Source: Candidatus Paracaedimonas acanthamoebae (lineage in GTDB: Bacteria; Pseudomonadota; Alphaproteobacteria; Caedimonadales; Caedimonadaceae). From it: a DNA stretch of 32,000 nt. The number at the start of each line of letters is the position of its first letter. Position 1 is the first letter of the stretch. A program made the translations under genes and the position numbers. Location of the stretch: positions 1 through 32,000 of the forward strand of contig CP008938.1 of the NCBI GenBank assembly GCA_000743035.1. The letters are read 5' to 3'. Positions 24,564 to 32,000 of this stretch are shown here, piece after piece. Below the pieces are notes generated by a model. That model had not been told where the DNA came from. It did no database searches and saw only the letters and a program-made list of their open reading frames with translations.

Positions 24564-25277
24564 GTGAGCCTAACAATGCAAGATAAAGCTATACCCAATT
24601 TTGGGAAAATTCTATCTCTTTCTTTTACTCAAAAATTAAGAGAACAATTTAAAGGATCACATGACTTAATCATTTATCATGATTGGGTTAATGATTTTCT
24701 GACAGCAAAGCTTACTAAGGAGCAATTTAATAGATTTTTGTCTCAACAAGCTTATTGTTATAATTATCTAACGAGTAGAATTATCAGTTTAACGCTTAAA
24801 GATCCAACGAAGCATTATGATGAACTTCGTAAAATAGCTAATTTTTTGTTGAATGAGTCCTTTGGTGACTTAGGACTTTTAGATAACAGTTATGTCAGAA
24901 CTCTTAAACTCTCCATTTATACCAAAGAGTATATTGAACATATTGAAGATATTTGGTTAAAGCACGCTTATATTAACAAACTGATCACCTTATTTCCGAT
25001 TTTATGGATACATTCTGATTTAGATAAGCGCCTCACGAGTGACGTTCATCTTTTTGTCACGAATAAAGAATGGCTCAATAGAATCACATTTTCCCATTCA
25101 CAAAAAATATTAGAAGTTTTATGTCGTCTCATTGATGATGAGGCTCAGTTCATCAGTTCTCAAGAACATCTGGAATTAGAAAACATTTTCTCAAGACTCT
25201 ATCAATTTGAGCTTTTGATCCGCAATGAATCTTATCAAACAAATACCAATCAATTTCAACAATCTAAACAATCCTAA
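24564..25277 (+). CDS. Hypothetical helical protein with TenA/PqqC (heme-oxygenase-like) resemblance (237 aa from GTG; an alternative ATG lies at 24576)
   Basis: HDWVNDFLTAKLTKEQFNRFLSQQAYCYNYL and LFPILWIHSDLDKRL parallel TenA HPFVQGIGDGTL..DRFKYYVLQDSYYL and LLPCYWLYYEVGEKL (recalled from memory, not searched). Confidence 0.4.
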   Translation: MSLTMQDKAIPNFGKILSLSFTQKLREQFKGSHDLIIYHDWVNDFLTAKLTKEQFNRFLSQQAYCYNYLTSRIISLTLKDPTKHYDELRKIANFLLNESFGDLGLLDNSYVRTLKLSIYTKEYIEHIEDIWLKHAYINKLITLFPILWIHSDLDKRLTSDVHLFVTNKEWLNRITFSHSQKILEVLCRLIDDEAQFISSQEHLELENIFSRLYQFELLIRNESYQTNTNQFQQSKQS

Positions 25278-25287
25278 GGAGACTCTT

Positions 25288-25629
25288 ATGAAGCACATCC
25301 AAGTTTTTAATGATCTTAAAAAAAATGATTGCAAAGGATCTTTTTTCAAAAAATGCAAGAAATATGCACTTCATTTTTCTATTAGTACTTACCTTATGCT
25401 GGAGAGCCACCCCGCATTTGCATTTGCTCAAATTTTCACAGGAAAATTGAATGAACTTCGAAATGGTCTCATTCTGATCGGTAAAGCATGTGTCGGTGTT
25501 GCGCTAGCTGCGGCAGTTATTAAATTTTTATCCGGTAGAGGGGATTGGAAGTGGATTGGTTCTATTTGTGGTGTTGGATGTGCTCTTATAGGATTTAATA
25601 TTTTAATTCAGTTTTTTGGAGGATTATGA
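25288..25629 (+). CDS. virB2: T4SS pilin, VirB2/TrbC-like (113 aa)
   Basis: A long leader ends AFAFA, followed by two hydrophobic helices (LILIGKACVGVALAAAVIKF; IGSICGVGCALIGFNILIQFF). A TAAGGAG SD lies 6 nt before the ATG at 25288. It sits immediately upstream of virB3. Confidence 0.7.
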   Translation: MKHIQVFNDLKKNDCKGSFFKKCKKYALHFSISTYLMLESHPAFAFAQIFTGKLNELRNGLILIGKACVGVALAAAVIKFLSGRGDWKWIGSICGVGCALIGFNILIQFFGGL

Positions 25630-25898
25630 TGAGAGCTTACGTTCTTTCGTCGGTCTCCGAACCTCCTCAAAGGCTTCTAGTGTCTCAATCAGCACTTCCT
25701 TTACCCATGATTATTGCAGGGATGACGTGGTTTTTAACAAATGAGATGGTGGCCATTGGGGCCTATATCCTCTCTCATGGAGCTGTTATTGCTTTAAGCT
25801 CTTATGATCCTTATTTTGTGGAAGTGATGCGTGCTCGCTTTAAATATAAGCGAACAAAAAGGCAGCTACCACAAGGAGGTAATCTCTATGGCGCATGA
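25626..25898 (+). CDS. virB3: T4SS VirB3/TrbD-like inner-membrane protein (90 aa)
   Basis: The size, two hydrophobic segments and position between pilin and VirB4 all fit. There is an ATGA-type overlap with virB2. Confidence 0.7.
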   Translation: MMRAYVLSSVSEPPQRLLVSQSALPLPMIIAGMTWFLTNEMVAIGAYILSHGAVIALSSYDPYFVEVMRARFKYKRTKRQLPQGGNLYGA

Positions 25899-28341
25899 GT
25901 GGGTCAGCGTTGCCTCATTAGCTGCTGGAAGCTCTGCCTTAGCTTTGGGAGCAGGCGTTGCTTTATCTAACCGTTTGCAAAGAAAACTAACGCCTTCTTT
26001 GGAAGAAACCTTTCTTAAAGACACGCTGCCTTTCGATTCAGTGTGGGAAGATAAGATAACGCTTCAAAGCAAGAATGGCATGCTTTCTCGTCTTATTAAA
26101 GTCAAAGGATCTAATACCGACACCCTAACACCAGAAGATCTTCAACTCTTATTTTTAAAGCGCAAGAAGTGGCTCGATGAATTGGCGCAAATGAATATCA
26201 TGATTAAAGTCATGACGACGCGTGAAGAAATCAGCCGCACGCTAGAAGGGACTTATGACACAGAGGTCCTACAATCAGTTCATGATCAATGGATGGAACA
26301 ATTTGATCGCACTTTCCTTAATGAACATTATATTGTCTTATGTGTAGCTCCTCAATTGCCTTCTACTTTGAACAAGTTACAAGATAAAATTTATGGACGT
26401 AAAACAACGTTCACGTCTTTCCATGAACATATCCTAAGAGAAGCTACTTCTCTTACCCTTGAAGCCCTTCACGATTTAGCTCCTCGCATTATAGAAAATG
26501 AAGAAAAAGTAAGTCCTCTCTTAAGTTTTTGGGCGCATCTCATTCATGGAAGATCCATATCAATAAAGCCTATAACCTCTGACCTCTCTGATCAAATGGT
26601 GGCATGCCAAATTGGTTTTGACCCTCAAAAGGGACAAATTTACTGGAAAGATGAGCAAGGAAGTCGCTATGGAGCTATCCTCTCTCTCAATAAATGGGAT
26701 AAAGACTCAAGCCCCCAGTTGATGAAGGAGTTAAATGCCTTAAGAGGCCAATTTACTATTTTTCAGCATTTGAAAGGCTTTTCTAAAGCTAGATCTCTTT
26801 TGTATCTCATGGATCAAAAAAAGCAGCGGAATCTGCTTGAAGATCTATTTTCGAATGATCATGTGAGACAAGAATTTGAAGCAGCAATTGAGCTTGTTAC
26901 TTCTGATCAAGCCTCATTATATGGATATCAATGTTCCATTTTACTTATCTCAAGCTCAGAAGAAGAGCTTACTTCTTTAATTGAAGACGCAAGACACATC
27001 TTTAAATCTTATGGGGTTCTTCCCATTCAAGAAACTGCAGCGATCGAATATGCATGGCGGTCTTTGTTTCCAGGAAGTGAGAGTTTTTTACGACAAACAC
27101 ATCCTTTATCTCACAATGTAAGTCATCTCCTTACTTTTGATTATGAGCCTAAAGGGTTTGCAAGATGTGATTGGGGAGAGGGCCCTTTAAGGCTTTTTAA
27201 GACCTCATCAGGGTCTTCTTATGCCCTTCAAGTACATGCTTCAGAAGAAAAAGAAGCCCTTGCGAACTCCATTGTTGTAGCTCCTGCCGGCTCAGGCAAG
27301 ACAACATTCTTCCAGCATTTAATAGGGGGCGCTTTAAGGCATAAAAATTTAAGGGCTTATATCTTTGATCGTTTTAATGGCACCCGTATTTTTACTCAAA
27401 GTATGGGTGGAAATTATATAGACTTTGGTCATCAAGAGACGTCTTTGCTTAATCCATTTTACTGTGAAGACACCCCTCAAGAAAGGTCTTTTCTTCCTCA
27501 ACTTTTATGTATGATGGCAGGTGTCAGTGATGATGGAAGTAAAGAGTATGCTCAAAGAGCTATCCAAATTCTTTTTAAAGTGCCTAAAGAACAAAGACTT
27601 CTAACACATCTAATAAATGACCTCTTTCCACATCAAAGTTTAATTAAAAAAAGATTGCTTCCATGGTGTGATGGTGGAGCTTTAGGAAGCTGGTTTAATG
27701 GCTCTAAAGAAATTGAGGGTAGAGTTGAGGCTTATGATGCTTTGGATCTTGCATCACACCGCCTCGTTGCTTTTGAAATGACAGATATTCAAGCAAATCC
27801 CCTTATATCAGCTGCCATAACTCACTATATTATGCATCGCGTTAGAAGAGTCATTCGAGAAGAAGCACTCCCTCATTTCGCGTTTATTGATGAAACATCT
27901 TCTCTTATTCAAGATCAGGTTTTTAAACCCAATGTTCCAGTACTCTTTAAAGAACATCGTAAATTAAGGGGAAGCATTAATGTTTGTTTTCAAAATATTA
28001 AAGATCTCAAAGAATCAGGGATTTCATCTGTTATTTTAGATCAATGTCCTACAAGATTTTTATTTCCAAACCCTTCAGCAAAGCGAGAGGATTATGCTGA
28101 CTTTGACCTTACAGACTCAGAATGGGCTTACATTAAAGGGACAAGTAAACTTGCTAGGTCCCTTAAGCATTCAGTGCTGGTAAAGCGCTTTAATGAATCC
28201 GTCATTTTAGACTGTGATCTTACACCTCTAGGACCTCACCTTAAGCTTTATCGCTCAGGATCAGAGGCCGTCAAACTCGTTAAACATTTACAACAACAAT
28301 GGAGTGATCAATGGATCGACAAATACTTAAGCGCTGCTTAG
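25888..28341 (+). CDS. virB4: T4SS ATPase VirB4/TrbE (817 aa from ATG 25888)
   Basis: Walker A VAPAGSGKTTF and Walker B FAFIDETSS. An AAGGAGG (25873-25879) lies 8 nt upstream of the ATG. Size and context are typical. Confidence 0.92.
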   Translation: MAHEWVSVASLAAGSSALALGAGVALSNRLQRKLTPSLEETFLKDTLPFDSVWEDKITLQSKNGMLSRLIKVKGSNTDTLTPEDLQLLFLKRKKWLDELAQMNIMIKVMTTREEISRTLEGTYDTEVLQSVHDQWMEQFDRTFLNEHYIVLCVAPQLPSTLNKLQDKIYGRKTTFTSFHEHILREATSLTLEALHDLAPRIIENEEKVSPLLSFWAHLIHGRSISIKPITSDLSDQMVACQIGFDPQKGQIYWKDEQGSRYGAILSLNKWDKDSSPQLMKELNALRGQFTIFQHLKGFSKARSLLYLMDQKKQRNLLEDLFSNDHVRQEFEAAIELVTSDQASLYGYQCSILLISSSEEELTSLIEDARHIFKSYGVLPIQETAAIEYAWRSLFPGSESFLRQTHPLSHNVSHLLTFDYEPKGFARCDWGEGPLRLFKTSSGSSYALQVHASEEKEALANSIVVAPAGSGKTTFFQHLIGGALRHKNLRAYIFDRFNGTRIFTQSMGGNYIDFGHQETSLLNPFYCEDTPQERSFLPQLLCMMAGVSDDGSKEYAQRAIQILFKVPKEQRLLTHLINDLFPHQSLIKKRLLPWCDGGALGSWFNGSKEIEGRVEAYDALDLASHRLVAFEMTDIQANPLISAAITHYIMHRVRRVIREEALPHFAFIDETSSLIQDQVFKPNVPVLFKEHRKLRGSINVCFQNIKDLKESGISSVILDQCPTRFLFPNPSAKREDYADFDLTDSEWAYIKGTSKLARSLKHSVLVKRFNESVILDCDLTPLGPHLKLYRSGSEAVKLVKHLQQQWSDQWIDKYLSAA

Positions 28342-29060
28342 TTTTAAGCTTACTTTTTATAGGTCAAAGTAAAGAATCCCACTCTGGAGCTTTAGCGACT
28401 TTTGATGTGAATACATTTACGACGCTTAAAAGCGTTTTAGGGACTGCTGGTCGATCACTTCATCAGCTTCAATCATTATCAGGGGAGATGACAGTAATGA
28501 ATAGTGTGCTGGGGTCAAAGCTAGACCCAAGCTTGCTCCAAAAAGTTATGCAAGTAGGCACTTTGAGCGGTGATTTCAACTCTCTCTTAAGCAGCCTTAC
28601 TGGGCAAGGTGGAAGTCCCTTATCTCAACTCAACTATATAACCAATCAACATGCGGGTGTCCAAGATTTCTCAAACTACATTTTTGCTAAAGATTATTTT
28701 CAGCAGAAGTTTTTTCCTGAGACAAACTTCACAACGCCCATTCAATTATCCCAAATTAGAGAACAGAAACTTGAGGCTGTGCAAGTCTCAACAGTTGACT
28801 CTTTAGCTATAGCGACCCAGCAAAAGAAAACCTTAAGGGACGATCATCATCAGCTTATCCAGATAAAGGCGCAAGCTCGGCAAAACCCAACTCTTAAATA
28901 CCAAACCAATATGCAAACACGACTGCTTGAGCATATTGCGCATCAGTTGGACAAACTCATTCTCCTTCAATCTCAACAATTGGAGCTTATGGCCACCAAC
29001 ATGGCTCAAGCTCAGCCTACTGTCTTTAAAGGGACTAAAGCGCCCGTCAGACAAGGATAA
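28311..29060 (+). CDS. virB5: VirB5/TrbJ-like T4SS minor pilus or periplasmic component (249 aa)
   Basis: Signal peptide LVLSLLFIGQS, then ATFDVNTFTTLKSVLGTAGRSLHQLQSL resembling the TrbJ N-terminus, with a coiled-coil character. It sits between virB4 and virB6. Confidence 0.6.
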   Translation: MDRQILKRCLVLSLLFIGQSKESHSGALATFDVNTFTTLKSVLGTAGRSLHQLQSLSGEMTVMNSVLGSKLDPSLLQKVMQVGTLSGDFNSLLSSLTGQGGSPLSQLNYITNQHAGVQDFSNYIFAKDYFQQKFFPETNFTTPIQLSQIREQKLEAVQVSTVDSLAIATQQKKTLRDDHHQLIQIKAQARQNPTLKYQTNMQTRLLEHIAHQLDKLILLQSQQLELMATNMAQAQPTVFKGTKAPVRQG

Positions 29061-29064
29061 AGTC

Positions 29065-30111
29065 ATGCAATTTGCAATTAATTATATTGAAAAGCTTGAA
29101 TATCTTATGAAGGATTATGCAAACCTTGTTTTTAAGACATTAAGTCCAGGGTGTCTCACCCTTTACACCTCTTTATTTGGGTGTTGGTTTGTTTGGCAAT
29201 TGATTGTGAGAGGTCTGATTAAAGGAGAGATTAAGTTTTCTGATCTGATGACCACTCTTTTAACAAATCTAACGGTGATATTTTTTTTAACGGCCAATAA
29301 TTTTTTTGATTGGCTTTACACTCCTTTAAATGAAGGGGTGGGTAAACTTCTTGAAAAAGTCACTTCTGTGATTGGCTTTGGCTCATCTTCTCAAGGATCA
29401 TCTTTAGCTCATGTTCTTCAAGTCCAAAATGATGCAATAGATCATATTTTCAGGTCTCTTGATGCCATGATGCGGGATTCAAGTTATGTTTTGATAAGCT
29501 TAAATTGGCTTGGTTCATTCATCTTAAGTTTGGCATTTATTTTCCTGTTTTTTATCATGTTGTGCTTTTGGGTTGATTATATGTTCAAGTTAATGGCCGT
29601 GACGACATTATCGCCTCTTTTAATTATTTTTTCTGGTTTTTCTGCAACAAGAAGTATTGCGACATCAGGCCTCAGAATGGTTCTACATGGTATTTTCACA
29701 ATTTTTGGCTCTGTTATTGCTATGGGTCTTAGTCTTTATGTGATGAAAGAATTGCTTCACATTTTGCCGGTCGATGCTCTTGGCAACTTTAAGCAAAATA
29801 TTGAAGGATTTGCCTTTAGCCGGGATTATTGGGGATGTTTTGTTGCAATTTGTGTTGCTATCTATATGCAACTCAAAGTTCCCACCATTGCAAATATAGC
29901 CGGTGTTTCTGATGGTCCAGGAGCTGCTGGATTTGTAGCCGGTGTTGGAGCAACAAGCGTGGGTATTGTTGGAGCCTATACTAAAAAATGGGGCCAAAAA
30001 GCATGGGGTGCTGCTAGTGAATGGGCAGGACCTAAACTCAAGAATCATCTGTCATCCCGCGGTTCATCTTGGGAGAACCCTGCTCTTAACAATATTATTG
30101 GCCCTGAATAA
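29065..30111 (+). CDS. virB6: VirB6/TrbL-like polytopic inner-membrane T4SS protein (348 aa from ATG 29065)
   Basis: Five or more hydrophobic helices and a Gly/Ala-rich C-terminal segment. The start lies 5 nt after the virB5 stop. Confidence 0.75.
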   Translation: MQFAINYIEKLEYLMKDYANLVFKTLSPGCLTLYTSLFGCWFVWQLIVRGLIKGEIKFSDLMTTLLTNLTVIFFLTANNFFDWLYTPLNEGVGKLLEKVTSVIGFGSSSQGSSLAHVLQVQNDAIDHIFRSLDAMMRDSSYVLISLNWLGSFILSLAFIFLFFIMLCFWVDYMFKLMAVTTLSPLLIIFSGFSATRSIATSGLRMVLHGIFTIFGSVIAMGLSLYVMKELLHILPVDALGNFKQNIEGFAFSRDYWGCFVAICVAIYMQLKVPTIANIAGVSDGPGAAGFVAGVGATSVGIVGAYTKKWGQKAWGAASEWAGPKLKNHLSSRGSSWENPALNNIIGPE

Positions 30112-30122
30112 AGGAAAAAACC

Positions 30123-30287
30123 ATGAAACTTTATTTATATCTTCCTCTTCTCATGCTGACGCTGCTGGCAAGTGGGTGTTCTCAAACAAGTGATCCTTAT
30201 ACGGGCAGTGGCACCGATAAACTTCCTCAAAGCGAATGCTCTCCTTGCAAAAAGCAAATTATCTATCGGAATGGACAATGGCTTTAG
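30123..30287 (+). CDS. VirB7-like small lipoprotein (54 aa; too short for the ORF track)
   Basis: MKLYLYLPLLMLTLLASGCSQ has a lipobox LLASGC. Position between virB6 and virB8 fits, and its stop overlaps the virB8 ATG (30278). Confidence 0.6.
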   Translation: MKLYLYLPLLMLTLLASGCSQTSDPYTGSGTDKLPQSECSPCKKQIIYRNGQWL

Positions 30288-30946
30288 AACCTTCTCTTCA
30301 AAGTTTTGAGTCTTATAAAGCAGCTCAAACAACGGCTCGTCTTTCAACGATTTGTGCTGTTGTTTTGGGATTAACCGTCATTGCCCTGATCTGCTTAATC
30401 ATCGTCTTATTCCCCTTAAAAGAGGTGCAGCCCATGCTTGTGACTCTTAAGGATAAAGGAGAACAAGTGGTTCGCATTGAGCCTCTTGAGCGTAATGAAA
30501 AAGCGCAAATCTTGTTAATGGAGACGCTCTCTCGTCAGTATGTCTCTTTAAGAGAGACCATTGATCTTCAAACAGAGGATGTGAGGTGGAAGCAGTTAAG
30601 TCTGATGACAGCATCTCAACTCAATGAAGAATTCATGTCCCTTATGAAACCAGAAAATCCTGACTCTCCTTTTAAGAAGAGACAAGAAAGCCATGTTACA
30701 CGAGAGGTACAAATCCTCTCAAGTACGTCTTTGGCTCCAAGTGCTCCCAATATCTTTCAAGTGGAGTGGATATCAAGGGATCGTCACAAGGGCCAAGTCA
30801 TTGGACAAGGGCATTGGATCTCAACACTGACCGTCTCTTTAGAGCCTCACGAAGTTTCAATTGAAGATCAATATATCAACCCCATTGGCTTTACCGTCAC
30901 TCATTACACGCTTGCTCAGAAAGGAAGTCTTGATGCTCAAAAATAA
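30278..30946 (+). CDS. virB8: T4SS VirB8/TrbF (222 aa from ATG 30278)
   Basis: N-terminal TM LSTICAVVLGLTVIALICLIIVLF and the C-terminal NPIGFTVTHY (VirB8 NPxG motif). Confidence 0.85.
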   Translation: MALEPSLQSFESYKAAQTTARLSTICAVVLGLTVIALICLIIVLFPLKEVQPMLVTLKDKGEQVVRIEPLERNEKAQILLMETLSRQYVSLRETIDLQTEDVRWKQLSLMTASQLNEEFMSLMKPENPDSPFKKRQESHVTREVQILSSTSLAPSAPNIFQVEWISRDRHKGQVIGQGHWISTLTVSLEPHEVSIEDQYINPIGFTVTHYTLAQKGSLDAQK

Positions 30947-31889
30947 CTTAAAATCTATATCTCTTTTTACGCTAGCTCCACTGCTTATTGCCTCTCCTTT
31001 AGGAAGAGCAAGTTCCCAAGCTATGCATCAGTCGCCAGTAATAGCCCCAACACCTGCCCCGCAAGATTTAATGACGTCTAGCTCACCCCATTCCCTCACT
31101 GAGCATCCAGATGTAGAACACCAAGTGAAAGGCAATTACCCAGATTTAGAGCGTAAAGAATCTCTTCCTTTAGGGGCCATTCAGCATGCTTGGGATCATG
31201 CGAAAGAAGGAGCGGGTGTTTATAATGTCACATATACAGGTGGCGAAATTATCAAGATTCGATGCCGTGAGATGATGACAACATGTATCATTCTCCCTTC
31301 TTGGGAGAGGGTTGAGAAGATTACAGTGGGCGATTCCTCTTCATTTAAAGTTGAAAATCCACGCTCAAACATCATCACGATTCAACCTCAAGATTTTACA
31401 GGCCTTGACAGCAACCTTGTTGTAATTGGGGTAAGCGGCAAAGTCTATAGCTTTTACTTAAGGTCAGAAGGGTATAATACCAATCATGTCCCGGATCTGG
31501 CTGTTTATATCAGGCTTTCTAAACCTTCAACTTTAGCTTCTTCTCTCTCCAAAACAAAAGGGAAGGGCGATACCTCAAAAGATGATTATCTTGAAGAAGT
31601 GCCTTTTGACCCTTCCCAGCTTAACTTTAACTTCACCATGGCAGGAGATAAAGAGATTGCTCCTCAACGGGTTTATAGTGATGGTATTAGGACATGGTTT
31701 GATTATGGAGAAGAGATTAAAAAGAAAGGCCTTCCTGCCATTTATGCAGTGATTGATGGGGTGGATACCCCCATCAATGTAAGCCGTGAAGGCACCAAAA
31801 TTGTCGCTCAGCATTCAGGCTCCTTTACCCTTCGCAATGGCCACAAAGTGGTGTGTGTATTCCCAACTTCTCAAGAGGCAGCGGAATGA
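30933..31889 (+). CDS. virB9: T4SS VirB9/TrbG outer-membrane core protein (318 aa from ATG 30933)
   Basis: Signal peptide LFTLAPLLIASPLGRASS. Has VirB9/CagX-like beta-rich domains (IIKIRCREMMTTCIILPSWERVEKITVGD). Overlaps the virB8 end by 14 nt. Confidence 0.8.
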   Translation: MLKNNLKSISLFTLAPLLIASPLGRASSQAMHQSPVIAPTPAPQDLMTSSSPHSLTEHPDVEHQVKGNYPDLERKESLPLGAIQHAWDHAKEGAGVYNVTYTGGEIIKIRCREMMTTCIILPSWERVEKITVGDSSSFKVENPRSNIITIQPQDFTGLDSNLVVIGVSGKVYSFYLRSEGYNTNHVPDLAVYIRLSKPSTLASSLSKTKGKGDTSKDDYLEEVPFDPSQLNFNFTMAGDKEIAPQRVYSDGIRTWFDYGEEIKKKGLPAIYAVIDGVDTPINVSREGTKIVAQHSGSFTLRNGHKVVCVFPTSQEAAE

Positions 31890-32000
31890 AGACTCTTTAT
31901 CTTCCTTTACTCACAACAGCCCTCTTAGCCGGTTGCCAAGAGGAAGAGCTGAAGAAAGCTGCTCCTCAGCCTCGGCAACAGATCGCCCAAGACTTTCATG
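31886..32000 (+). CDS. Partial CDS: lipoprotein following virB9 (TrbH-like, or the N-terminus of a VirB10 equivalent), truncated by the window end
   Basis: MKTLYLPLLTTALLAGCQEEELKKAAPQPRQQ has a lipobox LLAGC. There is an ATGA overlap with the virB9 stop. Confidence 0.5.
   Translation, partial: MKTLYLPLLTTALLAGCQEEELKKAAPQPRQQIAQDFH

Noticed and set aside
28833-31814. ORFs nested in or antisense to T4SS genes (28833-29066 minus, 29683-30048 minus, 29942-30193 plus, 30135-30347 minus, 31575-31814 minus)
   Set aside because: They overlap well-supported virB5, virB6, virB7, virB8 and virB9 frames. 29942-30193 and 30135-30347 also conflict with the lipobox-containing virB7-like ORF.
1-32000. 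rRNA, tRNA, CRISPR or an intact IS element
   Set aside because: I could recognise no cloverleaf-type conserved tRNA motifs, no rRNA-like segments, no repeat-spacer architecture, and no full-length transposase with terminal inverted repeats.

Overview
This AT-rich window reads as the backbone plus cargo of a conjugative plasmid or integrative element from a Gram-negative, probably host-associated bacterium; the taxon cannot be assigned from sequence alone. Left end: a vapBC-type toxin-antitoxin pair. 789-14083 is a 13.3-kb block transcribed entirely on the minus strand. It holds a BRO-N/DinD-like protein, three paralogous proteins built from arrays of WxCxxGHxW...CPxC zinc-ribbon units, a 1301-aa protein with eukaryote-style receptor-kinase topology (signal peptide, Cys- and sequon-rich ectodomain, one TM helix, Hanks kinase, acidic Tyr-rich tail), a small beta-barrel OMP and a secreted repeat protein. 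The middle carries an IS200-like transposase remnant, hup, ssb, a perfect 16 x 8-bp tandem array directly upstream of a small ParA plus an RHH ParG-like gene (candidate type Ib partition cassette), and a second RHH gene with its own operator. Two paralogous Rep-like proteins with DnaA-domain-I-like C-termini bracket a visibly more AT-rich insert containing an orphan SagB-type dehydrogenase and a LysR regulator. The right 7.5 kb is a tightly coupled MPF-T type IV secretion operon (virB2-B3-B4-B5-B6-B7-B8-B9 plus a partial lipoprotein gene), headed by a TenA/heme-oxygenase-like gene where virB1 normally sits. No rRNA, tRNA or CRISPR was recognised. The strongest novelty candidates are the zinc-ribbon-array/receptor-kinase block and the octamer array. 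All functional calls come from motif recognition by eye, not database searches.
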